Below are positions 1-8,835 of a DNA stretch of 64,000 bases, piece after piece (within the stretch, counting starts at the first letter, position 1; each line of letters starts with the position of its first letter). A program made the position numbers and the translations under genes. The notes under the pieces are model-generated. The model made no database searches. It saw only the letters and a program-made list of their open reading frames with translations, and had not been told where the DNA came from. Origin of the DNA: Bacteroidetes bacterium UBA1947 (lineage in GTDB: Bacteria > Bacteroidota > Bacteroidia > Chitinophagales > Chitinophagaceae); assembly GCA_002336915.1 (NCBI GenBank), contig DDET01000041.1:9537-73536 (forward strand). Reading direction: 5' to 3'.

Positions 1-701
1 ATACCAAATGGGTTGGCAATTATAAAAAAGATACGCGCACGCCCATCACCAATGAGGAGATGATGCAGCTTATGGCGCGCTACAAACCCGCCCTTGAGTT
101 CCGCCCCAATACACGCTTCAAGTATTGCAATACCAACTTTGCCGTGCTGGCCTGCCTGCTGGAAGAAGTAACCGAAATGAAGTATAACGACTTCATGCGT
201 AAATACATTTTTGAGCCCCTGGGTATGACACATACTTTTGTGTACGACCCATGGCGCGGTATGCCTGCAAATGCAACCACCAGCTACAAATACAACTGGG
301 TACGCGAACCCGATATGTTCGCCGACGGCGTTTGGGGTGATAAAGGCATCTACAGCACCGTACAGGACATGTACCGCTGGGACCAGTCCTTCTACCACAA
401 CACGATATTAGACAACGAAACTATTGAGCTGGCATATGGCCCCTGCTCCTTTGAGAAGCCCGGGATAAAGAATTACGGCCTTGGCTGGCGCATGCTTTGC
501 TACCCTAATGGCGGCAAGATCATATACCACAACGGCTGGTGGCATGGCAATAACACATCCTTCTATCGTTTTATAAAAGACAATTTCACCATTGTTATTT
601 TAGGCAATAAATACAACAACGGCATTTACCACCAGGCGCCCCGCATTTACAGCATCGTAAAAGGCATCCCTGAAATGCACGGCTTCGATACAGAAGACTA
701 G
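1..701 (+). CDS. Serine hydrolase of the beta-lactamase/transpeptidase-like family. Only the C-terminal part is present; the 5' end lies outside the window.
   Basis: The frame of the listed ORF 60..701 stays open back to base 3 with no stop. The tail (YCNTNFAVLACLLEEV, GLGWRM, YHNGWWHGN) resembles the C-terminal half of class-C beta-lactamase-related esterases. Confidence 0.7.
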   Translation, partial: TKWVGNYKKDTRTPITNEEMMQLMARYKPALEFRPNTRFKYCNTNFAVLACLLEEVTEMKYNDFMRKYIFEPLGMTHTFVYDPWRGMPANATTSYKYNWVREPDMFADGVWGDKGIYSTVQDMYRWDQSFYHNTILDNETIELAYGPCSFEKPGIKNYGLGWRMLCYPNGGKIIYHNGWWHGNNTSFYRFIKDNFTIVILGNKYNNGIYHQAPRIYSIVKGIPEMHGFDTED

Positions 702-710
702 CAATAATAA

Positions 711-731
711 AGTCCTGCAGTTTGCAGGACT
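711..731. terminator. Stem-loop between convergent genes (agtcctgca-gtt-tgcaggact)
   Basis: Perfect 9-bp inverted repeat between the stop of the hydrolase gene and the stop of guaB. The minus-strand side is followed by a T-rich stretch. Confidence 0.5.
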
Positions 732-795
732 TATTAACTATAAAAGCATCAACACTAATCAGCCAGTTAACTAATTAACCAATTAACTACAATTT

Positions 796-2271
796 CTATC
801 TCCTGCTGTAGTTCGGTGCTTCTTTGGTTATCACTACATCGTGCGGATGGCTTTCGGCCATACTTGCTGAGGTAATGCGCATGAACTGGGCATCTGTGTG
901 CAGCATCTTTACGTCTTTTGCACCTACAAGCCCCATACCTGCACGCAGGCCGCCAACAAACTGCTGTACCACCTCGCTCACCATACCTTTATACGGCACA
1001 CGGCCCACGATGCCTTCCGGTACCAGCTTCTTAGTGTCTGTCTCGCTGTCCTGGAAGTAGCGGTCCTTTGAGCCCTCCTGCATGGCCTCCAGTGAGCCCA
1101 TACCGCGGTACGACTTGAACTTACGTCCTTCAAATATTATTGTTTCACCCGGGCTCTCTTCAGTGCCTGCAAATATAGAACCCGCCATGATGCATGAGGC
1201 ACCGGCAGCTAATGCCTTCACCATATCGCCTGTGTACCGGATGCCACCATCGGCTATAACGGGAATGCCTCTTTTGCCAAGGGCCTGCGCAGCTTCCATA
1301 ACAGCGGTAAGCTGTGGCGAACCTGCGCCTGTTACTATGCGTGTAGTGCATATGGAACCGGGGCCTACACCCACCTTCACAGCATCAGCGCCCGCATCGG
1401 CCAGGGCCTTTGCGCCTGCAGCTGTAGATATATTACCCGCTATTACGGGCATGGTCTTAAAGGTCTTCTTTACCAGCTTCAGGCCGTCTATCACCCCTTT
1501 TGAATGCCCGTGTGAGCTGTCCAATGTTATGATATCAACACCTGCATTTTTCAATGCTTCTACCCGCTGCAGCATATCGGCGGTGACGCCTATGGCCGCG
1601 CCTACCAGCAGGCGGCCGTTGATGTCCTTATTGGCATTTGGGTGGCTCTTCAGGTGCATTATATCACGGAAGGTGATGAGGCCTATGAGCTTGCCTTTCT
1701 TATCAACTATCAGCAACTTCTCGATCTTATACTCCTCAAGTATGCTTTCCGCTTTAGCCATGCTGGTGCCGGCAGGGGCGGTAACGAGGTGCTCTTTGGT
1801 CATTATCTCGCTCACCTTCTTCTTCGTATTCTTCTCAAAGCGCATATCGCGGTTGGTGAGGATACCTACCAGCTTGCCATTGTCTATTATAGGTATACCG
1901 CCTATCTTATTATCCTTCATCAGCTTGATGGCATCGCCAACAGTAGCATCGGGGCTAAGGGTGATGGGGTCAGTGATCAAGCCGCTTTCTGAGCGCTTTA
2001 CCTTGCGTACCTGGTCGGCCTGGCGCTCTATGCTCATGTTCTTGTGCAGGATGCCTATACCACCTTCACGGGCAAGGGCAATAGCGAGGGGGGCCTCGGT
2101 CACAGTGTCCATAGCAGCGGAAACCATGGGCAGGTGTAGTTGAATGTCTTTAGTAAGTTGAGTGGTAATGCTTACGTCTTTAGGATGGACTTCCGAGTAA
2201 GCGGGCACAAGGAGTACATCATCAAATGTGAGACCTTCTCCGTAGAATTTAGATTTTGCAGCCATGTGCAA
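796..2271 (-). CDS. guaB: IMP dehydrogenase
   Basis: Carries the [12 protein letters not shown]-terminus, a tandem CBS insert, the [11 protein letters not shown] catalytic loop (here [18 protein letters not shown]) and the GGIRYTGD motif. The start may be the ATG at 2265 rather than 2271. Confidence 0.97.
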   Translation of the reverse strand: MHMAAKSKFYGEGLTFDDVLLVPAYSEVHPKDVSITTQLTKDIQLHLPMVSAAMDTVTEAPLAIALAREGGIGILHKNMSIERQADQVRKVKRSESGLITDPITLSPDATVGDAIKLMKDNKIGGIPIIDNGKLVGILTNRDMRFEKNTKKKVSEIMTKEHLVTAPAGTSMAKAESILEEYKIEKLLIVDKKGKLIGLITFRDIMHLKSHPNANKDINGRLLVGAAIGVTADMLQRVEALKNAGVDIITLDSSHGHSKGVIDGLKLVKKTFKTMPVIAGNISTAAGAKALADAGADAVKVGVGPGSICTTRIVTGAGSPQLTAVMEAAQALGKRGIPVIADGGIRYTGDMVKALAAGASCIMAGSIFAGTEESPGETIIFEGRKFKSYRGMGSLEAMQEGSKDRYFQDSETDTKKLVPEGIVGRVPYKGMVSEVVQQFVGGLRAGMGLVGAKDVKMLHTDAQFMRITSASMAESHPHDVVITKEAPNYSRR

Positions 2272-2402
2272 AGATATAACAGCAATTTGAAAAAGCGAAA
2301 ACAGGATTATTTATAGGCCTATAAGCAGTCCCATGGCTGATTCAGCACCCCTTTAGGAATTAGCATTAATTGCTATTTATGGTCAGATTTAGCATGAGAC
2401 GT

Positions 2403-3074
2403 CTACAATTGAGGACTATAAATACCCAATCGCATAGCCTCCACTACTATGCCTACAATGTTCTTTACGTCCATCTTTTCGAGGATCTTCATCCTGTAAC
2501 CCTCTACAGTACGGGAGCTGAGGAATAGCTTTTCGCCTATCTCTTTGTTTGTACAGCCCTCGCAGATGAGCTTTATGATATCCTTCTCGCGCTCAGAAAA
2601 CTCGGCCTCCTTCTGCTTCTTTTGGTTGGCATGCTTGCTAAAGGCTATAAGCCTGGACAACTTACCCGATGTAAACTTACAGTAATATGGCTGACGCTTG
2701 TATGCCGAATGAATGGCATCTATCACTTCTGCTTTGTCCGAGTTCTTTAGGAGATACCCTATCGCACCCGCTTCCAGCATTTCAAGTATGAGCTGCTCGT
2801 CATCGAACATGGAAAGGGCGACGACCTCGGTAATGGGAAAATGTTCTTTGATATACTTGGTGGCTTCAACCCCATCCATCACGGGCATTTTGATATCGGT
2901 GATCACTACATCGGGTGTTGCTTTTTCAATGAGCGCGATCAGTTCTTTGCCATTTGCAGCTTCACCCATAAGACGTATGTCTTTTATAGAGCCGAGCATT
3001 AGTTTAAGGCCGTCCCTGAATATCTCGTGATCGTCGGCAATAACTATCTTGATAACATCATTACCATTTTTCAT
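2403..3074 (-). CDS. Response regulator, NarL/LuxR family (REC + HTH_LuxR)
   Basis: The N-terminal receiver has IADDH...DVVITDIKMP. The C-terminal part has LSEREKDIIKLICEGCTNKEIGEKLFLSSRTVEGYR, a LuxR-type HTH. A 4-nt ATGA overlap with the upstream kinase gene indicates translational coupling. Confidence 0.9.
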   Translation of the reverse strand: MKNGNDVIKIVIADDHEIFRDGLKLMLGSIKDIRLMGEAANGKELIALIEKATPDVVITDIKMPVMDGVEATKYIKEHFPITEVVALSMFDDEQLILEMLEAGAIGYLLKNSDKAEVIDAIHSAYKRQPYYCKFTSGKLSRLIAFSKHANQKKQKEAEFSEREKDIIKLICEGCTNKEIGEKLFLSSRTVEGYRMKILEKMDVKNIVGIVVEAMRLGIYSPQL

Positions 3075-3829
3075 ACCGCTTCATTTAAAGGTATCTCAAA
3101 AGTGTACACAGTGCCCTTCCCTGCTTCGGTTATGTAGTTAAACTTTGAATTAAGCATTTCGGCCCTGCTTTGCAAATTCATCAGCCCAAGGCCGATTTGC
3201 ATATCCATTTTCGCCTGGAAGTCAAAGCCAAGGCCATTATCGGCGGTAGTAAGCAATAGCATATCGTCCTGCTTTTTAAATTCTATTATTAGTTTTGTGG
3301 CCTTTGCATGCTTTATAGTGTTGTGTATTATCTCCTGTATGATGCGATAAATATTAATCTCCTTTTCTTTCTCTACGTCGACATCTGCTTCATTATGAAA
3401 TATTATCTGGAGCTTATGTACATCGCGCAGCTTAACCAAGTATTCCTCTACAGCTTTAAACAGGCCTTTTCTTACAAGGGTATTCGGCAAGAGGTTGTAG
3501 GATATTTCGCGGGTCTTGGTGAGGATGTCGTCTATATGTTTATTGGCAGACGATACTATCATTTTATCGGCCTCTGATAAGGAGCTGAGGTGGTTTATTT
3601 GTATGCGCACGGTGGAGAGCAGAGGGCCAAGTTCATCGTGCAGATCGGTAGCTATCCTTTTTCTTTCATTTTCAAGGGTTGATATCTCGGCACCGATCCT
3701 GTTCTTGTAAAAAAGTATGTTCCTACGCTGATGCCGGATCATGGTGATGATAAAGTACAGTATAATGGTACCGAGTACGCAAGCGGCTACGCCAATGGCG
3801 GTGTAAAATTTCTCTTCCTCGGTATGCAT
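3071..3829 (-). CDS. Sensor histidine kinase, HisKA_3/HATPase_c type, with one N-terminal TM helix and no obvious periplasmic domain
   Basis: Has the RIATDLHDELGP H-box typical of HisKA_3 and the ATPase motifs DNGLGF and GLGLMNLQSRAE. There is a single hydrophobic helix near the N-terminus. Confidence 0.88.
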   Translation of the reverse strand: MHTEEEKFYTAIGVAACVLGTIILYFIITMIRHQRRNILFYKNRIGAEISTLENERKRIATDLHDELGPLLSTVRIQINHLSSLSEADKMIVSSANKHIDDILTKTREISYNLLPNTLVRKGLFKAVEEYLVKLRDVHKLQIIFHNEADVDVEKEKEINIYRIIQEIIHNTIKHAKATKLIIEFKKQDDMLLLTTADNGLGFDFQAKMDMQIGLGLMNLQSRAEMLNSKFNYITEAGKGTVYTFEIPLNEAV

Positions 3830-4434
3830 ATTATAGCTGTTGCCAGTATTAAGTTGTACCCTACGTTTATGGCTGCTTCTAAAACAAAAATATTATTTTT
3901 TATGAGGTTTTGCGGCGCATAGTAGTAAAACACCTCAGTCAGCACCTTATAGGAGAAGAATATGATGACGTTAATACAAATAATAAATATGGGATTGGTC
4001 AAAATATTGCCTCTCTCATTTACTATTAACCAATTGAGCTGATTGACCGCAATAAGGACAAGGACAAATGAGTAGGTGACCTGGAAGAACGGGCTGAATG
4101 TGATGATCTTGAGGAATACAACATTTTCAACGACCCAGACCGAGACCATGCCGATGAGCAGCAGGCGGTAAAGCCAGTCATGCTTCAGTATATTTCTCCA
4201 GCTCCTGAACTGCAGCGTGTAGAGCAAAAACTCGAGCAAGAAATAAATATTGGTAGGTACCGCGTTGCTGGTGTAGTAAAAAAAGCAATAGCAGATGGAT
4301 TCATTGAGGAAACCGATAATGAGCAGGTATATTAAAGGACGATAAGATACGGGAATGTACCCGTACCTTATCAATCCAGTTATCATGGGGATAAGGATGC
4401 TAAGACTTAATATAAAAGCTACGCCGCGGTTCAT
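3787..4434 (-). CDS. Polytopic membrane protein (about 6-7 TM helices), first gene of the kinase/regulator operon
   Basis: A 215-aa ORF made of alternating hydrophobic segments. It overlaps the kinase start by 43 nt in a different frame. I recognise no family. Confidence 0.6.
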   Translation of the reverse strand: MNRGVAFILSLSILIPMITGLIRYGYIPVSYRPLIYLLIIGFLNESICYCFFYYTSNAVPTNIYFLLEFLLYTLQFRSWRNILKHDWLYRLLLIGMVSVWVVENVVFLKIITFSPFFQVTYSFVLVLIAVNQLNWLIVNERGNILTNPIFIICINVIIFFSYKVLTEVFYYYAPQNLIKNNIFVLEAAINVGYNLILATAIICIPRKRNFTPPLA

Positions 4435-4447
4435 TTATCAATATTTC

Positions 4448-4963
4448 CTAAGGCCACCTTTGGCCGGCTTCATCAACCAGTATACTTACGTCGCCAAATG
4501 ATGATATGCTCATTCCCGGCTGTTCATTGGAACGCTGGATTATGTCTTTACCGTCACCGTCGACACCAACCAGTACCATACGAACTTTTTTCTGTCCATC
4601 CATTGCCAGGTATATCCTGAAACCAATGGCATTCTTCTGGCAAATAAGCGAATCGATAGCTTTAAGATTGAAGGTTTCATATGAAGGCAAAGTGCCAAGG
4701 CCTTTGTATTGCGGTGCCAGGATGCTATCCTGCCCCTTGCCAAAATCACGAACCATCGTCAAGGCCTGATCCATAGGGATGGCGTGGTTTATGCCATTAA
4801 GCGTAGTGCTAAATGGCGTGGGCGCGGGTTTATGATCAATGCACTTGTCGCAGGTAACCGTGCCTGTGCTACCTGTACAGGCGGAAAAACATACTAATGA
4901 TGCCATTGCCAGCACCACAAGGCTCATAATACTCTTTTTCTTGTCAATAACATTAAGATTCAT
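4448..4963 (-). CDS. Hypothetical lipoprotein
   Basis: Signal peptide with lipobox (LVCFSAC). The start may be the internal Met at 4927. The remainder is unrecognised. Confidence 0.6.
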   Translation of the reverse strand: MNLNVIDKKKSIMSLVVLAMASLVCFSACTGSTGTVTCDKCIDHKPAPTPFSTTLNGINHAIPMDQALTMVRDFGKGQDSILAPQYKGLGTLPSYETFNLKAIDSLICQKNAIGFRIYLAMDGQKKVRMVLVGVDGDGKDIIQRSNEQPGMSISSFGDVSILVDEAGQRWP

Positions 4964-5181
4964 AAATGGAATGTTTTAGTAGCAACAAAGATAAACGGGC
5001 GAATTCTGCCAGCTATACGTAGTTCTACGCATTTTTTTTCAGTAAGCGATACCATAAAAATCAGTATGGATGCTTGCATAGCTGTTTATTCCGCCCAATA
5101 CTTTTACATCCTCAACCCGGAACGAGAACTAAATCAACAATCACCAAACAAAACATTCAAAACAATTTTAAACACAAAACT

Positions 5182-7377
5182 ATGGCAACAGTTACGAAAG
5201 AGAGTAACATAGCAGCGGTGCAACCGGAACGTGAATTCCTACACTTATTGTTACTTCAGAATCCGAATTACTTTGGTACGTTATCAAAGAGCAGTCCCCT
5301 CATTAACGAATACAAGCCGGTAAATGCGATAGCCGGCAACACATCGTTTGAACAAGTGACCTGTGCGGGCTACAATCCGCAAATGAAAACGCTTACCGCT
5401 ATTGTGAAGATAAACCAGAACGGCGGTTACAATGGCGGGCCATGCTCGGCAGGAAGCAAGGAATATGTGCGCTTCTACATAGATTATGAAAGGAACGGTA
5501 CGTGGAAAGACCTGGGCATGGTGAGTTTTGACATCCACGACTTTAACCATTCAGCTAACAACCCTCTTTGTTATGCAGTAAACCTGCCATTTGAACCCGA
5601 GGTAACGCATTGCTGTGACGACAAGCCGGTACTGCCCGTACTGAAAGCCATACTGTCATGGACCATAGCACCTATTGCAAACGATCCGGGCTTTACACCG
5701 GTATGGGGCAATGTACTGGATGTGAACATACAACTGGCACCAAAGACAGGATGGATATGCTGGCTGAAAAAGAACCTTGCCGATATTGGCCTTGTTGTAA
5801 AGCCAGAACAACTAAAACAAATATCAGAAAAGCTACCTGCGCACCCTACCCTGCTGGACATACATGCTGAAGAAATAAGCGTGGGAACATTGATGAGCCT
5901 TTACAAAAAAGATGTAGAGGAAGAGCGCATAGGCTTTACTGCAGTGGCCAAATCGCTGGTGGCAGGCGTGCCTAGTACAGAGCTTACGACCAACTTTAAA
6001 GCTGTGGGGCTTAACATAAGCAAAGTAATAGACTTTGTACTAAAGCCCAAATTCAACACTACTTATGAAGAGGTAAAATGCGTGGGCCTGAACCGCGATA
6101 CCAACAGACTGTATGCTACCGTACTGGTAAAAAAACCATCGGGCTATGCGGGCAGCCTTTGTGATAAGGGCAGCCGTGAATATGTGGGCTTCTATATGGA
6201 CTTTGGCAGTGGATGGGAATTTATGGGCACCTCATCGGTAGAAGTGCATGACGTGGCTGTGCCGAATGGTGGCCTGTCTTACCACGTAGAGCTACCGGTG
6301 AACCTGACACCCTACCAAAAGCTGAAATGCAGCGAGACCTATTTTGCCAAGGTAAAGGCCATACTATCCTGGAACATGTACCCGCCGGATAACCAGCCTA
6401 ACTGGGTATCGCCATGGGGAGACTGGGAAGAAGCATGGGTAGAGATACGCTACAGGCAAGGCGGCGACGGGCCAACGGGCAAAAAACCAATAATAACCAG
6501 CATAGGCAGCATACCGAGCAAGAAGATAAGTAAGATAAGCGGTATGGTGGACAAGACACTGGACATACCTGATGCAGGTGTGGATACTTACGATGGTTTC
6601 TCCTTCAACGGTGTGATACCTATTACGGGATTGATACCGGACCACCCAGATTCAAATGACAACAGCGCTGCACAGGTGCAATACAGGATAATGCTGAAAC
6701 GCGCATCGGACCCGGACAGCAGTTTTGCACCAGTGACAAATTCGTTTGCCGTACTTAAGAATGTAATAGCGAGCGGCGTACTTACACAGAGCGTTATAAC
6801 GCAAACAACTGATGCTGCCGGCTACTACCATTACCTTGTAGACTTCTTTGCACCTACCATAGTTACAGTACAGGGAGACCTGTTCGGTGTAATATCGGTT
6901 GCAGATTCGGATGTTTATGAATTCTACCTGGAAACATCAGCGGGATACCTGAGCGAACGCTGCCGTGTAAAAGTAGACAAGACCGCACCTAAAGATGTGC
7001 ATATAAAAGTAAACGGATCTGAAAATTGCGGAACGCTAAAAAAAGGCATGGACATTACCGGCACTTATTCACTTGCAGATAACGAAAACAATTGCCACAG
7101 TGTGTCCTTTGAATTCATTACGCTTAAAGCAGGAGACAGTACTACATTCAAAGCAGACGGCGTAAACAGCAGCTTTAACACACATATACCGGTACCTGCA
7201 ACAGGTAAAACGGGGACATGGTCGATGACCACCAACAATGTGAGCAAGTGCGGCTATAATATCAGATTGTACGCCTTCGACAAGACCCTGTACTGCTACG
7301 CATTTATTTCGTACGCATACTCCTTCTATCAACAATACAATGTAGACACCATTGGTTTCTGCCTGAATGAAGCATAA
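5182..7377 (+). CDS. Large hypothetical protein (732 aa from MATVTKES) with an internal tandem 130-aa domain duplication and no signal peptide
   Basis: Long ORF. I chose ATG 5182 because the upstream extension from 5074 is basic and low-complexity. The duplicated segments are nt 5347-5736 and 6064-6453. The C-terminal third is beta-rich. Confidence 0.75.
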   Translation: MATVTKESNIAAVQPEREFLHLLLLQNPNYFGTLSKSSPLINEYKPVNAIAGNTSFEQVTCAGYNPQMKTLTAIVKINQNGGYNGGPCSAGSKEYVRFYIDYERNGTWKDLGMVSFDIHDFNHSANNPLCYAVNLPFEPEVTHCCDDKPVLPVLKAILSWTIAPIANDPGFTPVWGNVLDVNIQLAPKTGWICWLKKNLADIGLVVKPEQLKQISEKLPAHPTLLDIHAEEISVGTLMSLYKKDVEEERIGFTAVAKSLVAGVPSTELTTNFKAVGLNISKVIDFVLKPKFNTTYEEVKCVGLNRDTNRLYATVLVKKPSGYAGSLCDKGSREYVGFYMDFGSGWEFMGTSSVEVHDVAVPNGGLSYHVELPVNLTPYQKLKCSETYFAKVKAILSWNMYPPDNQPNWVSPWGDWEEAWVEIRYRQGGDGPTGKKPIITSIGSIPSKKISKISGMVDKTLDIPDAGVDTYDGFSFNGVIPITGLIPDHPDSNDNSAAQVQYRIMLKRASDPDSSFAPVTNSFAVLKNVIASGVLTQSVITQTTDAAGYYHYLVDFFAPTIVTVQGDLFGVISVADSDVYEFYLETSAGYLSERCRVKVDKTAPKDVHIKVNGSENCGTLKKGMDITGTYSLADNENNCHSVSFEFITLKAGDSTTFKADGVNSSFNTHIPVPATGKTGTWSMTTNNVSKCGYNIRLYAFDKTLYCYAFISYAYSFYQQYNVDTIGFCLNEA

Positions 7378-7382
7378 AAACA

Positions 7383-7416
7383 AATTACAGCCCTGCAAAA
7401 CAGCAGGGCTGTAATT
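7383..7416 (+). terminator. Strong stem-loop, either a terminator or an attenuator, between module genes 1 and 2
   Basis: aattacagccctgc-aaaaca-gcagggctgtaatt is a perfect 14-bp stem starting 6 nt after the stop at 7377. The trailing U-tract is weak (ttatcatcc). Confidence 0.55.
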
Positions 7417-7473
7417 ATCATCCTTAATGAAGTTCCATAAAGCACAATAAATTAATCATTAAAACCACAGAAA

Positions 7474-8067
7474 ATGAAAATTTCACTAAAACAGATGCTC
7501 TTTGTATCCTGCGTTGCACTTCTTTTCATGAACGGGTGCTGCAAGCCCGAACTGACAGGAAGCGTGGCCAATACCCTGAGGCCCCAGGAAACGAATAACT
7601 GGTGCTGGGCCGCCACAACACAAATGCTGGCCGCCCACCTGGGCGTTACAGTAACACAATGCTCGCTGGCATGTGTGCGCTTTAACAAGACCAACTGCTG
7701 CGACCCGCAAACTGCAGGCGGCAGCTGCCCCAAGACCAATGACTGTAACACACCGGGATGGGTGATGCTTACAGAATGCGGGATAAGCTACGACGAGAGC
7801 GCCACAGCGCTACCGTGGGAAGACCTGCGCAAACAAATATACTGCTCTAAAAAGCCGATGGGCTATGCCTATGGCACACCGGGAGTAGTAGGCCATGTTT
7901 TAGTTATAAAAGGCTACCTGACACTAAGCGGCACCAATTACCTGGTGCTCAACGATCCCTGGGCCCCATGTATGGGACAGGAACGTATCATAACATACGA
8001 ACAATATGCTGATCCTGCCGGTGCATCGACCCACTGGAATACATGGTACAACATCAGGAAACCTTAA
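7474..8067 (+). CDS. Cys-rich papain-fold cysteine peptidase-like lipoprotein (C39/C70-like)
   Basis: Lipobox LFMNGC. The motif Q-ETNNWCWAATTQML (candidate catalytic Cys44, nt 7603-7605) is followed by GHVLVIKGY and LNDPW, matching the Gln...Cys...His...Asn/Asp order of papain-fold peptidases. Confidence 0.6.
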   Translation: MKISLKQMLFVSCVALLFMNGCCKPELTGSVANTLRPQETNNWCWAATTQMLAAHLGVTVTQCSLACVRFNKTNCCDPQTAGGSCPKTNDCNTPGWVMLTECGISYDESATALPWEDLRKQIYCSKKPMGYAYGTPGVVGHVLVIKGYLTLSGTNYLVLNDPWAPCMGQERIITYEQYADPAGASTHWNTWYNIRKP

Positions 8068-8093
8068 TTTATCTAACTTTAAACATCAATAAC

Positions 8094-8759
8094 ATGAAAT
8101 ATTTCAAATCAATAATACCCATGCTTGCTGTAGTACTCGTGACCAGTTGCAGCAACAAGAACAGCGACCAAAACACAAGTGAGCCGGGAATGGAGAAAAA
8201 ATTTACAACTGCAGCAGCCGCAGCCAGTGCAGCTAAAGAAGACATGATGAGCGCAATGGGCAGCGTGGACTTTGGCGTGGACAAAGAAAAGCTGCGCTCA
8301 TCGGCGCCCGGTGCAGCGATAGCAAAATATGATGTGAACTGGGATGCACTATTAAATGCGGACACAAGCGCCGACCTGAAAGGTATGGTTAAAGACGAAC
8401 CCGTAACCATAGTACCACTGGTAAGTGGTAGCGATGTGGTAACGGTGATAGCCTTAAAAGGCGGTGGCAACCAGTTTAGCATAGGTGCTATAGGCGACAA
8501 GCAAATAGCTACTGAGCTGGATATGGTGCAGAAGGTAAGCGGCCCGGCAGAAGTAAGCATATTTGAAGTGCCTAATATTGGTGCGATCGTGTATGCAGTT
8601 AGCAATGCTGCAGGAAGCAAATATTATACCTCGTATAACAATAATTCTTTGAGAGAAGGAATGGATGCAGTCTCTTTAACGAGGATGCTGAAAGCCGATG
8701 CACAGAGCTTTAACAAGCTGCATGGCGATGAAGTAAAAAAGGGGAAAATAGTTAGGTAA
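8094..8759 (+). CDS. Hypothetical lipoprotein (Ala-rich N-terminal linker)
   Basis: The internal ATG at 8094 gives MKYFKSIIPMLAVVLVTSC, a signal peptide with lipobox. It lies 26 nt downstream of the peptidase stop. I recognise no family. Confidence 0.7.
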   Translation: MKYFKSIIPMLAVVLVTSCSNKNSDQNTSEPGMEKKFTTAAAAASAAKEDMMSAMGSVDFGVDKEKLRSSAPGAAIAKYDVNWDALLNADTSADLKGMVKDEPVTIVPLVSGSDVVTVIALKGGGNQFSIGAIGDKQIATELDMVQKVSGPAEVSIFEVPNIGAIVYAVSNAAGSKYYTSYNNNSLREGMDAVSLTRMLKADAQSFNKLHGDEVKKGKIVR

Positions 8760-8780
8760 ATTGCCCCTTTTTATTAAAAT

Positions 8781-8816
8781 AACCTGCAACAAGTAATTGT
8801 TGCGGGTTGTTTTTTG
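8781..8816 (+). terminator. Rho-independent terminator closing the 5182-8759 gene string
   Basis: aacctgcaacaa-gtaa-ttgttgcgggtt forms a stem with one G-U pair and is followed by gttttttg. Confidence 0.6.
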
Positions 8817-8835
8817 TTTATGTGTGTAACGGCGC

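Noticed and set aside
1082-2143. A 353-aa plus-strand ORF, with other shorter ORFs, antisense to guaB
   Set aside because: It lies entirely within the strongly recognisable guaB coding region. The translation is Ala/Ser/Pro-rich low complexity, typical of a shadow ORF opposite a GC3-biased gene.
5074-5181. A 36-aa N-terminal extension of the large hypothetical protein (TTG/ATG-less start listed at 5074)
   Set aside because: The extension is basic and low-complexity and overlaps the G-free leader. The first ATG (5182, MATVTKES) is the more plausible start. This remains unverified.
8069-8620. A 183-aa minus-strand ORF overlapping the lipoprotein gene at 8094-8759
   Set aside because: It is antisense to an ORF that has a clean signal peptide and lipobox and fits the operon orientation. 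The minus-strand product has no start context or terminator.
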